Below are positions 48,401 through 62,269 of a stretch of 64,000 nt of DNA, piece after piece. This DNA is from Botryllus schlosseri (taxonomy: Eukaryota), in assembly GCA_051294905.1 (NCBI GenBank), contig CM119372.1:23994001-24058000 (forward strand). Direction: 5' to 3'. The notes under the pieces are model-generated. The model was not told the origin of the DNA, ran no database searches, and worked only from the letters and a program-made list of their open reading frames with translations. Each line of letters opens with the position of its first letter. Position 1 is the stretch's first letter. Both the position numbers and the translations under genes were made by a program.

Positions 48401-51400
48401 ATATGAGCGGGAGGCATCTGACCGGGATGTGGTGGCATCATCATCTGCATGGCTGGCGGCATGTACTGTGGCGGGATCTGTCCGGGTGGCATCTGTCTGG
48501 GCGGCATCTGACGCGGCGGAAGAGGCTGAGGCGGTCCCGGAAGCATTTGGAGTTGAATTGCGTTTTTTCGTATCATCAAGTTGTGCTTGGTCATGGCACG
48601 CATGGCGTCATCAGGGGCGTAGAACTGCACGTCCCAGATGTCGTAGCCGATGTTCTGAAAGGCGGAGGCGGTTCGTGAAGTATTTGTTTTCTTTGATTAC
48701 TGGAGTAGGTTTTGAATGCGTGCACTGCTTCATCGGGTGGATATAGCATATAGATATTTACTAATTCACAATTTTTTAGGCAAAACTAGCCTGAGAATAG
48801 TCACTTTCTTATTTTCTTGTAATCTCTACTTCTACTTGTAGTAAAAAGTTACCTCTTTACTTCTACTAGAGTGCCGAGGTGACTGCTTTGGTCAACTTCT
48901 GTCTAAAAGACAGAGCGCTATGCAGTCAGTTACTTTACCACCGACTCGCAACCTTTGATAACTTTAAACACACTAACTGGTGCATCGTGCATGTCTTCAA
49001 ATCTACTCGGAAAAATATTGTTTCTTATATTTTTAGTTATGAAAGTTATAATATTAGTTATCATGACCAAGTGAATCAACCTATTCTCGGAATCTATAGT
49101 AAGTTTGCGCTCGCAGAAAAAAATAAGTTTCAAAGTTCCGCCAAGTGACAAGCTTGATCAAATCTGCAACTGCAGAGGCACTTTCTGTAACATTGCAGAA
49201 CATTTGTATCGACCGAAAGTAGTCGGAGCATTTCACCAAACTCAACTACGTGTTTCCACAACTCTGACTAAATAGCTGTGACTCATGAGTTTGAGGAAAA
49301 TCAGGCGAGCATAGTCAAATGCCCACGTGTGGCACGACGTACCTGCGCTATTTTCGCAGGCAAGACCGGTTCGAAAAACGACCGGATGTCTGCCGTGGTC
49401 GCTTTTTCGGGAACGTTGAAGAGCCGGACAAAAATGGAAGGCGTGAAATTCGGATGATTGTTCGGAGGTCTTTGCCGTTTGTCGTGCGAGCTGCCAATTT
49501 CAAGACCCAAATATTTTCATGGTGTTCATCGCAAATAGATTCATTATTTTGACGTTATAAATTTAAGAGAGGGAGAGAATTTTCTTCGGCAACTGTGAAA
49601 ATCAATAATTTCTATACCAGTATTAAAAAAGCAATATGGTGAAATATGATATACATAGGCACGTCAGAGTGAGCAAAGCCAAGCCACCAAATCCAGGAGA
49701 ATCTTACTACAGAAGTTGTTACACTTACAACTTCAGATTAACTAACAAAATACAAATTGGAAGTTAAAAGATGTCATGGAAAATGAAATGAATATAATAA
49801 GAAGGTTTATGGTCATTGCAAATACAATTTAGCGGAGTTCAGACTGCAATTGCTTTCTATTCGTAAAATAACGCTCCTTCAGAGTTTTAACATTAATCGC
49901 TTTTTCCTGAAAACAAATACCTATCACAATTAGTCATTCCCCAAACTTTTTGTAAGCTTCAGAGACCAAAAGTCACACCGAAAGACCTGGGCCATTCATA
50001 TAAATGCAACAAATTTTTTGTACCTGCTAGATGATTGAGGTTTTCTGCTATTCCCTGACGAACTCTGAAAACAGATGCACTTTTGATGGAAGCACATTGA
50101 ATACGTGAAGATGACATTTTGAGGGGTGTATTAATTAGAAATGCTTATGTGCACACAAAACCAAATATCATTCGATAGTTAACTTCATATTTCCCACACA
50201 AAAGCAGGCCAGGTAATGATACAGAGTCCTGCTACTGGCGACACTTGGAACCGGCAATCATGTTGCAGAAAGTACAGAAAATTGATACACTGTTTTTCAG
50301 GGATAGTGGTTGTGATGAATGTTCCCTGTGCAGTCCTGACACGGTCTCTGCGCACAGAAAATCTAGGCTGCGCACAAAAAAGTCGAAGCGATGACCTTTT
50401 TTTTCAATCGTTACGCGCTGTTGTCCTAGTGGCTGGTGAGTAGGTGGGCGCGCGCAGACTCGTGAAGAATTAGAGGGAACATTTGTTGTGATGTCAGATT
50501 AAAATGATATAGCCGAGACCATCAGTTGAAGTAAACTTCAAAGTTGCCGAATGGAAAAGAATAACATGAATCAAACTAGCAACAATTTAAACAAAGAGTG
50601 GCTGGGCATTTGGGCAGAATCGAATATCCGAGTGACTCTTTTTCAGAGTTTAGTCGAGTACCATTTATTATGATGCCATCACAGTAATAATGACATTAAG
50701 GAGTTTTCAAAGTGTACCTTTTTGCCGCCACGAAGAACTAGTCAAAAGTGATCAAAAAAATTTGGTCTTTCTGACAATGACTAGTTCATAGTGATCAAGC
50801 TGATACTAAACTTGGATTCAGAAAACTCAAATTGTCGTGCTTGTAACACGAGAAATGGTCCGTTTTGTACATGAGCCATCACGCTCACTGGCGCCCATTG
50901 GGACGACTTTGCCCTCGTTTCAGAGGCATTTCCTTCCAGTCGTTTGCTTATTCATGTGATTCACTGAGTGATTTGTATTTATTTGAGCTAGGAATTAGGG
51001 AGAATAGGTTGTAATTTGACATTGTTCTGTTGATTCAATTGATTGTATTGTATTGTTATTGTATTTAGACATAAGATTAGCCTAGGGAGTTGACTGTTGT
51101 TAACCTGTTGCGACTGCTACCTTAAATTGGCGTGAACTTTAGTTAGCCATTAAATTACTATCCTATCTGTAAACCAGTGGTTTATATTGACAGGGTCTCA
51201 AGGGAAGATCTTGATAGGTAGGAAGTGATTACAAGCAAGGTAGGGCTGCGACCGAGTTGGCAAGCTTCTCGACTAGCCAAATATCCAATCCAAATATAAC
51301 GCACGGTCGTTGACTAGGCAACGACTAAACGTACGTTACAGTGCTCACTGCTCATTCATACTGCTAGAGTATGTGCTGATACTTATTCAATAGGCTCACA

Positions 51401-54400
51401 CTGATCACAACAAATTACATACACTACCAGGTTGAATTCACTAGATATCGAATTATACTCACCACTCTGACGGACATGGCTGCTTCTCTCAACTCAGCAC
51501 TGATTGAGCCGGGTTTGGCGCAATCCGCTATACAGAAAAGTGATTGATAAAGCATATATCAGATGAACATATTTAGGGGGCACGGCAAATTCCAAAAAAT
51601 ATATACTGCAGACTATAAACTATCAGCTGCATTCAAAAGACTGAGAAATCCGCTCATTACCCAATTCATACTCATATGATCACTTTCGATTGGTGATTGA
51701 AAAAACAAATATTACTACCAGTATACATTGAGTATTTCTGCACAAGCAAGAACAATGAACAACGAACAAACATCAAAAGCAAAATCAGATTTTGAATATT
51801 TACAAATAAATTTGTATGCATTGACAGGTAATCAGCAGTATTCCTCCTTTATCACATCTTAACGTTCACCCCTGAACCTATTCACAAACATATTTCTCTC
51901 AATTCACAGTCCATACCAGTTCTCTCCACAGGGGTTCGCCGGTCGGCGGACCTGACATGGAAAATGACGCTAGATTCCTAAATCTATACATAAATCATGT
52001 ATTTATCCACCTATACATGGAATAAATCGAATTTAATGTTGAGTTTAAGTTTCAAGCATAGAGACCAAAATCAGTGTTTAATGGATTTATAAAGGTAATC
52101 TACTCCAATAGCTGTTGAATTCAATGAGACATCTGCGGTCGATCAAAGTTGTCAACAAGTTCTATGAACTCCGGCTGCATGTCAGACAAAGAAATCTGTT
52201 CATGGTCTAAAATAATTGCTCGCAAGGTACATAGACCAGAACAGAACGTTTCATGGGTAGCCTATCATTCTCTGGTTGGCAAACTGACGTACGCGCGTGA
52301 CAGTATCATGGAAGACTTGAAACTGTCTGCGGGCCGCTCAAAATCCCGTCATAGGCCGTATATAACCCGCCCCTCGTCTATGGCATTCAACAGACAATCA
52401 CAACATGGCCGAAAACCCCCGATATATCCAAAATTAAAATCAATCACGAACTCACGTTTCGTAAAGTCAAGCTTGAGTTCACTGACATCATCGTAATTTC
52501 CTTCAAGATCATCGAGAAGTCGTACATTTTCGTCCAGTTCCAACTTACATTGAGTGCAAAATTTCCTCAAGTCGGACGGATGAACTTGCATCACCTCTAT
52601 AGGTCTGACGAAAGATATGTTATTGACTAAACACAGTATTCAAGTCTATCATTCACCTTGGATGGGCCATGAACGCTAACGAATGCACTTTTCTCGCATC
52701 TTCCGATGACGATAAAATAATAAATCCACGGCCGGAATTGGTCTGGTTTGACCTCAGTGGACTCCAATAGATATCTGCACAAATACGTACCCATTAGTGT
52801 GCTCGAGTCTTGGTTCGAGACTGTTGCCGTTGTTTTTGTTGTACACATTTCGATTGTACGACGTTTAACAGTTGAAAGTTATATGAGCATTGGCAGACAC
52901 AGAGGTAGTCAAAGAAGTCTATGTCGCTACTCAAGTAGAGGTGGAAGTAACACCGGAATTTCTACTCAAGTAGAAGTAGGAGTGGCGGTTCAAAAGTAAG
53001 CAAGTAGGTATTCTACGCCTATTTTTGCCAAGAAAACTAAAAACTCTCAAGTAGAAGTACAAGTAGTCTAAAATCATAACTACTTAATAAATAGGCAAAA
53101 ATCTACTTAAAGACTTCAAAAAGTAGGGGTACTTCGTTACTGACCAGTGACCACCTCTGAGCAGAGATGTGTTTGTTGCCAATTTCCTTTCTCTCGGCTT
53201 GTAGTACGGTTTACTTTAGTTTTGAAAAGTATAGGCATAGGTTGTCTATTTCTATGGATTCGGGCAAAATTAACTAGAAAGGACTGGAATTACCTATCCT
53301 CAATTATGAAAAAAAATTGTTGAGGTTACATAAATAAATTTTAACCCAATATTCAAAACCAGTGAAAGATTTCACTGATCCGAGCTACGCTGGCTTCGAA
53401 AAAGTTGGAGAACCATGCTCCGAAGCAAGGGAAGGACATTCAACTTCAAAGATGAGTTAAACTCCGTTTTCCAGCAATTCCCTGCATGTCACTAACTCTC
53501 AATGTCAGACGAGTAAGCACAAATTTACGGTAGGGCCTAAACTTCAATAAAATATTATTTCTAATCCCTAGTCGAATCCTACAAGACAAACTTACTACCA
53601 GGGTGGTCAAAATTTATTAGCAACAAAAGCACATGTCACCAATATCAATTGCAATAATGTGTAAAGCAAAACATATAAAGAGCCAACTCAACCAACAATT
53701 ACTGCACATGACGAAAGATAAATCACTACAATGCAGAGGAATAGTATCAAATAGACAGTCAGATTGATATATGACACGGGTAGACTCACTGAGTCCCTTT
53801 ATCGCAGTGGTTCTTGACAACTGGTGCAAGGGAAGTTTCCTGCCGGTTTGCCAAATATTTGTTAACTTCCGAAATGCAAAAGTAGGACGCGTCTCAATAA
53901 ATTAGAGAAACGAAACATCAAATTTCAAATTGATTTCGATATTTGAAACGTGTTCATGTGTATGGTGTGATAATATAGACCTGTCTGCTTTGCTTTGGCG
54001 TACGTCACAATTCTGCAAGTGTTGTACGAAACTGTTTAAAATTACCCTACATCTGCTTCAGGGCCAGTTACATGTGAATGTTATTAGGAGACGTTTCGAC
54101 ACATTTCGTTCGAATTGGACAGCACAATTTAGCGACATTTAGCAGTAGAATAGAAGCCAGTACACAGCTATCAACTAGCATTTCCGTCAGAAGAGTCCGA
54201 ACAATCAGACTCAAGCTTGTGGTTTTGGCTGCACTTCACCTCACAGAAACTTTGGTATAACAACGTATAGCTTAACACGTCTACTACCAAAAGGCAGCAT
54301 TAAATGGGCTAATTTTGATCATTGAAGGCACTCGGGTACACGGTACATATTTCGATGTTTTCCCAGCCCGCAAAGTCGAAGGTGGAGAACCACTGCCTTA

Positions 54401-57400
54401 GATACCAAGTTTGACATAGAATTGATGTCTCTAGAATCGACAACTGCTCAGTTCGTAGATCTTCCCAGAGAAATTCAATATGAGGAACATACTTCAGTAA
54501 GCCAATTATCCATTTGTGATTAGCCACAATCCCGATCTTTATATCAATTTGATATTACTCTTCAATATTTCGACATATCGAACTTAGTCTTCCTCCATTT
54601 AATTGCAATCTCTGGCACAACCACATTATTTGGAAAGTTCTTCTCATGGTTCTTCAACTCTTCAACTTCAACTTGGTGGCAAGTCGGATAGAAAGTTGAC
54701 AAAAAATGTTTGGGCAAATGCCAAACTCAGGATGGTCTCACTTCCAGCTGACAACAAGGAAGGAAGATCCATGGCATTAAGATGCCTGTTGGCAAAATTT
54801 GTTTCGACTTGTCGACATCATCACAATATAAGTAGTCATTCATGTCGACACCAGTGTTAAAGTATTTTCATTTCCATGCAATGCACTTTTCACTTTGCAA
54901 CGTACAGCTCAGCAAAACGGGTTCAAGTCAATTGCAAATACATGGCGACAAAACTATAGCCTAATATCGATGTGATCAACCAACCATTAGTATCATATAG
55001 TCCTGGATCAACAAATATAGTCTAAGCATGGAAAACACAGTAAACAACATGTGACAAACGCAACACAACATGTGCAACCATAACAGTGAAATCCTCGCTG
55101 AGCATGTGCCTGCCTTGTAGATATTTGTCTAGCTTGTAAACCATTTTGAAATGACTAAGATTTTCTGCTAGTCATAAAGGTTTTAAAGAATACAGTAGGA
55201 GTTCACAACAGTAGGTTACCTATACATAGCTTACAGATTATATTATCGATTAAGGCGTTATGCTACTCAAAGAAGCGCATTCAACTCGTATAGTCACATA
55301 TTAGCACAGGTATTTTTAAGATGACAAGCTTGATAATTCAACTTAATACATTACCTTTCTCCGCGAATTTAACCACATTCAAGGCTTCAATTAGCTCTTT
55401 TTTCTCAATGATGTATGACAACCTTTTTACTTGAATCACCTGTAAGCGACAAGACCATCATATAAACAACTTTTCCTACCTTTCAATTCCATCAAAATGC
55501 AGCCAACAATAAACTAATCATAGAAGAATTAGCATACCAGGTAGGTACTATGTTTAAATTACCTCTTCACTGAGAACAAGATCAGAAGTAGCACAGTATA
55601 AAAGCTTAATTTTCTAGATAGAAATTCGGGTAACTCAGTTCATATGATATTTTGCCGGTACATCATACGACATCGCTTGCATTTGTAACTATCAAACATA
55701 TATATATTGAGCAGATATCGTACTTGATAACAAGGACATTAATACATCATACTGTATATAATAGATGTAGCAGTATGCCAATCTACCCTGAATAAGTGAC
55801 GGTCTGAAACTGAGTCTTGATATCTTCTCAATGTAGAGATGGATTCTGTTAGCAGTTACTTCAAGGTAACACCCGTACAGAAACAGACCATTTGAAATCT
55901 TTAAACAAAATTGCACATCACCGAATAACCATATAGGCCTATGATTTGCCAAATTATTACAATAATCTGTAAACCTATCCAACAATAAGCTATATGCCTA
56001 ATACATCTTCACAAACATAACGTGATTAAACTATTTACACGTTACACCGGTATATTACTATACATTTGCAAAAATCAATGCCAGCAATCAGTCTTCATTT
56101 GTGTTCACCACGACACGTATAGAATATTTCTAATTTGTTCTAATTGAACATTCAACAACTTCAAACTGAATGCACACGAGTACAGCCGTATACAAATCGC
56201 ATTAATGTAACAAATGCAACCAAATGTTTTAATAAATTATATCTTGAAACCTTGATTACAATTTTAGCAGCCAAGCTTGATTTAATCGTAGTCCTTTGTT
56301 AGTTTGACAGAGATATATTAAAATGGCATTAGGAAACAACGGGCACCTATGAATCAAAACTTGACGCAAGGCCGAATTAGCATCACATGAATGAAAGAAA
56401 CCAAGCGCGACCACGGATAAAAGTGTGCAATTTCGCTGGTGGTCACAAAATGAGAAATGAATGAGTGTCAGTGCTTTCACAATCAGGATATAAAATAGAC
56501 AGATATATTTTATGAAGCCCAAATCTTCCCGTTTCCCAGTCAACATGCATTCATCCATACAACCAGACAAATTACTAGCCTATAGCCTATAGCCTAACAA
56601 TCACATGGCAGAGTCTGTGAACCCCGTTACAGCACATCAAAACGTTTACGTGAAGTGACGCCACTGTCCTTGAAATATATCTGGCAGACAGGCACTACCA
56701 CTGCCACTGATCGGCGGTTGAGAATCACTGGCCTATTATTATTATCATTCAAAAAACCTACCCTGGACTTCTTCATCTCCGCCTTTGCCTTTTTAGTTAT
56801 CTTCCAGTCCCGCACCAGACTTTCCCTACTACTCAAGGCGCAATGCAGCTTCCGCCCTTGCCATTCCACACCGCTGAGTCTAATCAATTCCATCATGTCC
56901 ATATGCCTCTCCACGATAACATACCCATATCCAGTCGGCAAGGCATTCCTGTATAGAAGGCTCAGTGCTACATACATTACCATGTAAGACATACGCATTG
57001 CATATTTACTCGTCTGTGGTGAGTCGAATGCCGTCATTACCGCCTTTCGGCCAGATTCCCAACATAGACAAAACCTCCGTGCTTGTCACTTTGAAAGGTA
57101 GATTTGTAATGATCACCACTCCTCTGCGAGAATTCACGAAAGAAAACAAGTTTTTACCTTGCATAAATTTATGTGCGGATACAGAGAGAGAAGAGCAGAT
57201 TTACTGTTTTTAAATACAATTCCAGTTTCATTCTGCATGACATCACAGAAAAACAGCACAGTTTTACATGACATCAAATGGAGAGGACTCAAAAATTCAA
57301 AATACTAATCTGTATTTGAGTTTCAAATGCAATGATTATCTTGCATATGTCCCAGACCCATATCCTAATCAGATTATCGGTACGCCTCAAATTCTTAGAA

Positions 57401-59003
57401 AACTAGTAGCAATTTTACATCAAAATCCGCATACACGTAAAAAAAAAGTGAATCCGAATCCAAATTCATTGAAAAATAAAACATGATTGTGATATGATGC
57501 ATAATTTGTAATTACAAAGGGTATTCAGACATACCAATTTCTTCATCTAGTCATATACTGTGGTAGATTAGTTTTCGAGGGACAAGGCAAGTACGGTACT
57601 GCAATAGATGAGCTCTCCAATTTCATTATGAAAATATCACCCGTAAATATCTGCAGCAAGTGGAACTATGATTTAAATAGTCACTCACTCTATAGCTTCA
57701 TCATGATGAGTTAGTCTAGTTGCGGGGCGTCTCGGAGTCGTGTTAGTCTTTTGAATCTGGCTCGGTAGAGGGACGACGTTGCTTTGCATCGTAAGGGCGT
57801 TCTGTCCTTTGTGTGGAATGCCTTAGAACGAAACCAGGAATAAACAGGCGGTGCCCAGACCAGCCGATATTATATATACAAGTAGGGTCGTTGAAAAATA
57901 ACTCAATTTTTTTACTGCCATTGCCAACCCCATAAACTCGTCAAGTTGCCTCAAAGAATGATGCATAGCAATTTTTGCTCAATTCCAACCAGGGAAGTTA
58001 TAGAAATTGAAAGTTTTAAATTTGACGGCGTGAAAACCCAGAATTGTTCATGAAAAACTCAAATAACTCTACTGCTACGGGTTGGAATTGCGTCAAATTT
58101 GTTTTGCATCGTTTTCGTAGACAGCTAAACAATTTTATGAAGTTTACAGTAAAATTTGAAAAATTTACTTTCGTTTTTTATAATATATTAATTCTACTGG
58201 TAGGAATTTAGCCAAATTTGGCGTGCAGCGTTCTACTTTATTTCGATATTTCCAGTATAGAATCGCAATAGTACTAACCAGAGACACTGAGGCCGTTTTG
58301 CGCCTTTTGCTTCTCCATTTCTTGAATGAAAGCACTCGGTTTCGGATCGGAGTCGTTACATTCTTCGTCGGAATCTCCCGGAATTTTAGTTAGCATCTTC
58401 AGAGCCGCGGTGATGCTTCCTACTTTCGGAATTTTTACCGAAGGCTCGACAACCTCAGTTTTTTCGATCTTTTCACAAGGTTCCTCCGGCACACTGAAAA
58501 CGCAAGCTCAGTACGATTATTTGCCCTATATTTGGAAGAGCTTTCCGCGGCATGACTGGGACATTCAATTTTCTAGTCAATGTTGGAGTAACAGTCGTAC
58601 TGGGAGTCAAGCCTGTTTATAGTCTCTAATTCGGAGTTGGCAACTTGAAAACGCCTCGAGTCATAGTTGGAGGTGAAGTGAGTAGACTCCACAGACCCGG
58701 GAAACTGACATTTAGTTTTTACTCATTTCAACGGTAGATCATTGTATGTTCGGTATCCTGAATTCGCAGTTGCTGGGGCAGAGACACTATTGCATACCGG
58801 TATATGCTTTTGAGATTGGCCATTGTCTGTTTCTACTGTGTGTTGTTAAAATTCACAAGATATATTACGAATAGATTAATGCAACATATGCAACCATTCT
58901 ATTCTACATACTCGTCAGGTTTTCTTCTTTTCAATATGCTTTTCAGTGGTTTTGATGAAGTTGAATTGTCTGAAAGAAATGAACCTGGTAAGATGAGAGG
59001 CAT
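45491..59003 (-). CDS. RNA-binding protein with three RRMs, Pro-rich and RS-like regions and a C-terminal matrin/U1-type C2H2 zinc finger, ~690 aa, 13 exons
   Basis: Exons 59003-58912, 58493-58279, 57157-57010, 56948-56762, 55439-55355, 52774-52657, 52604-52456, 52326-52293 (inferred bridging microexon), 49490-49343, 48654-48174, 46955-46798, 46729-46637, 45655-45491; 2073 nt in frame. RRM1 VVIITNLPF...PTGYGYV, RRM2 VIQVKRLSY...SGRGFII, RRM3 IFVRLFNVP...WDVQF; ZnF GFFCQLCNKFY...GHCKSRGH. Confidence 0.78.
46129..46409. repeat. Long fold-back palindrome
   Basis: Arms 46154-46250 and 46288-46384 (97 bp, one mismatch seen); 37-nt AT-rich loop; degenerate outer extension. Confidence 0.92.
52900..53159 (+). 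mobile_element. MITE family A, short copy
   Basis: CAGAGGTAGTCA ... TGACCACCTCTG; flanks GGCAGACA / AGCAGAGA (6/8). Confidence 0.8.
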
Positions 59004-60059
59004 GCTAGTATATGTTTCAGGTGAGACTACAAATTGAGAGGGCGTATCATACAATAAATGAGGAACACAGCCAGGTAGTTTTGCGTTTATTGAAATACTA
59101 CGAGCTATGTTAAAAATAATCGTCAGATCTGTGTGGGAAATTGCAGTACTCGACTTGTGACTCGCATATGATAAAAATTTGCAATTTCGACTCGACATCC
59201 GTTAATTTTTAATTTCGATTCGGTCTAGACTTCTGACGCTGTATATTTCAGATGTCCTGAGCAATTCCAACAATGCGATTCCGACTCGAACTTGTTAACG
59301 ACCAAAAATGTCCCGACTCTGACTCCCAGCCTGAAGCCGTATTTGTAAATCTTGCTTGGGGTTCAAATATGATGAAGTGATACATGGTGAGGACTTGGCA
59401 GGCCTCGACCATAAAGAAAATAGTCTGTTTCACTTACCCTTCACAAATTACATAAAAAATTTATGTCTATCAACTATTCCTATGGCCAAATGCCATACCT
59501 GGGTGTCTCACGCAATGATAAGGGGCATGTAACTTCAGTACTACGTAGACCTAATACCAATTTTCACCACTAAACATGAGTCATTTGATGTCTATTATAT
59601 AATTATCGAAATCCGATACTCAAATCGTTGTAATAATTATATTTCAAAATTCCCATACCTTCTGGGGATTTCGCATCAGCATCGACTACATCTGCCACGC
59701 TTTCATCAGTGGGTGTTTCATCCATTTTCTGAAATGAACTTGGCCGTATTGCAACACGGTGTTGATATGATTCTCAAGAGCTATTCAGCAAGTGATCGCT
59801 AGCCTATCCTATACAAGTCTACGGCACTTGTACGAAATCTGGAAAAATATACAAATGCTATCAAGTAGGCCTATATGGCTTCTGATCGCGATATTCACTT
59901 TATCGAATGTGGGAATCTAGGAAATAAATGAAAGAATCAGTTCTGGCTCAAGCAGCCTTTCAAAATTAACAATATATAATTTTAAATATCGCAGTGAAAT
60001 CAATTACGTTTATAGATGAGAAACTGTTGAGAAAACTAAATATTCTTGCAACTAATCTA

Positions 60060-60533
60060 CAGGGCTGTAACCAAGTCACAAGTCAATCTCACTTATAGTT
60101 TTGACTTGAGTCATCTTCAATTCACCACCGTGTCAAGTCCGAGTCCAAGTCAGTAAGTCGAGGGTCGAGTCCAAGTCATTGTATTGTGTTCACTGTTAAG
60201 TTTTGAGTTCAATCGGGTTCAACTCACTTTTTTCAACTCCGCTCGAGAGATATAGAATGGCTCGCATTCATAATATCGTCATTTTCTTCAGTCCTATTTT
60301 CCAAGTATCAGGACCGATAGACAACATACCAATGTTGTATGCGCACACCATGGTGACTTTAGTATTCTTCGAAGTTACAATGAAATCTCTGTCTGGGCCG
60401 TCCAAGCCGTTTGAGTCATGCACAATGACTCGAGTCAATAAACACTTCGCATTTGAAAAAATGACTCAATTCAAGTCGTGTCACCAAAAATCGTGACTCG
60501 AGTGGAGTCATGACACGATTCATTACAACCTTG
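60060..60533 (+). mobile_element. MITE family E, degenerate copy
   Basis: CAGGGCTGTAACCAAGTCACAAG ... CATTACAACCTTG. Confidence 0.75.
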
Positions 60534-60855
60534 CCGGTCTAGAAATATCAACTTATTTTTTCAGGTTTGGGTTTTGACAACTGCTTTTGGCTAATTTTGT
60601 GGCGCTGAATCCGAAAATGGACACGGATTTTCTCTATCACATCAAGTTTTCTTTCTATCGTTGCCATTATTTTATGAAATTGACCAATGTTACCCAATTT
60701 AGTTCTGTTATCATAATCATAATAGGAGATATTGGAGAAGGGTAACATTGAGTTTTTCCATGCTGGCTTGAACTCCCTGTCTTGGCTTCTCAGGCGTTAT
60801 CTGTGGGTCAGCTGCTATCTTTGTGCAAACGTAGGACGATCGTAGGAAGACAGCT

Positions 60856-61440
60856 ATGTCAGTTTCCAAATGTTGTAATGATCCGGGAATATTTTGTTAC
60901 ATTTGTGGATGCTTCATGTTGAAGTCTCAACAATGCAATATTACCACGTTCGTAAAAAGAGCATAACTTGCTTACTTTAAAGTCAAGTTGGGGGACCGGG
61001 ACAAAAGCTGGGCTCCTCATAAAGTGTACAAGATCTGTGTTGAATGTCTGAGAAGTTGGTCGCAAGGAAAAGGTTCACAAATGAAATTTGGACTACCCAT
61101 GATTTGGTGAGAGCAACGAAATTATGTGGACGATTGTTATTTTTGTCTTGTTAGTGTGAAAGGGTATAACAAAAAGAGTAAACACCATTTGAAATATCCA
61201 AATCTGGATTCGGCATTGCGGTTAGTTCCTCACAGTGATGAAAGCCACTCCCAGTATTTACATAACTTCCAGAACTACACGAAGATGCTATTTCTTCTTC
61301 TGAAGCATCGTTTAGTGAAGGAGAAAGTGAAATTTTTCAACCAGCGCCCGGGGATCTGTCATACAAGCCTTCCCACATTAATCAGATGGAATCATATAAT
61401 TTAGTGAGATTTGTATTTGCCTAAGCAATCCGCGGAGTCC
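60856..61440 (+). pseudogene. Decayed N-terminus of a DNA transposase, probably Chapaev3-like (CMC superfamily)
   Basis: MSVSKCCNDPGIFCYICG...KRA*LAYFKVKLGDRDKSWAPHKV..CVECL...MIW*E...DDCYFC...YPNLDSA; two in-frame stops; superfamily assigned from memory. Confidence 0.7.
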
Positions 61441-62269
61441 ACAGGTACCGCATAATGCTATATTCTCACACTCCAAGGCTAACCGTGCATCGTCATTTCT
61501 TGTAGCCGTTCACTTGGTTTTGAGATTTCAAATATTGCACAGCTGATACAAGTAGGCTAGGTAAAAGAAAGAACAATTCATTCAGAAATGACCTCCTCAC
61601 ATATTCCGCAGAAAAGGAACAAGCAAATCCGAACATAGAAGTGGGCATTATTATTCAATGGAACCATTTAAAGCTTGACAGTAACCGAGATGCACATCTG
61701 CGAATGTTAATAGTATTAAGCTACCATACAATAAATATTTTTCAATTTACATAGATAGTGTGCAGGAAACTCCATCTGAGTTGGCTTCATCAGGTGACAC
61801 TCAGCAATCGGAATTTCTGGATCCGAGGTGATTAGCAACAAGGAGTAGGCTAACCTATGCTGGAAATGCAAAAACATTTCAGAAGTGGTTTAGTGTAAAA
61901 AATAAAGAATTCACAGCAGAACTAGGTGCACGAATGAATAAAACAGTGTCGCGAAAAAGTAGCCAGATACAGCATCAAACGATGACAACAGTGATTGAAG
62001 AACCAATGATTGCACATGTAGTAACGGAAAACGGCATGGTTTACGTATTAAATCTGTCTCACAAGAGACCAGCATTAGGCATTAATGGACATGGGCATCA
62101 ATCGTCCGCCTAGATCTAATTGAAAACAAGTAACGCACTAAAGAACAGTTCCCGCACTAGATAGTGAAATGAGCGATATGATACGGCTTAAGAAATGAAA
62201 TTAAACTGCACAAAGAAATATTCAAAGTAAAATGTGAGAAATGTTTCATCGGTCGATTTGATACCTCTT

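Noticed and set aside
50885-50910. TGGCGCCC primer-binding-site-like motif (LTR element)
   Set aside because: No LTR pair, polypurine tract or gag/pol remnant found
51852-51951. Alternative terminal exons giving a short two-RRM isoform
   Set aside because: Phases fit but require a 39-nt intron, shorter than any other seen here; unsupported without transcripts
54540-54870. Nested gene in the RRM-gene intron
   Set aside because: Only short frames with stops and no recognisable domain
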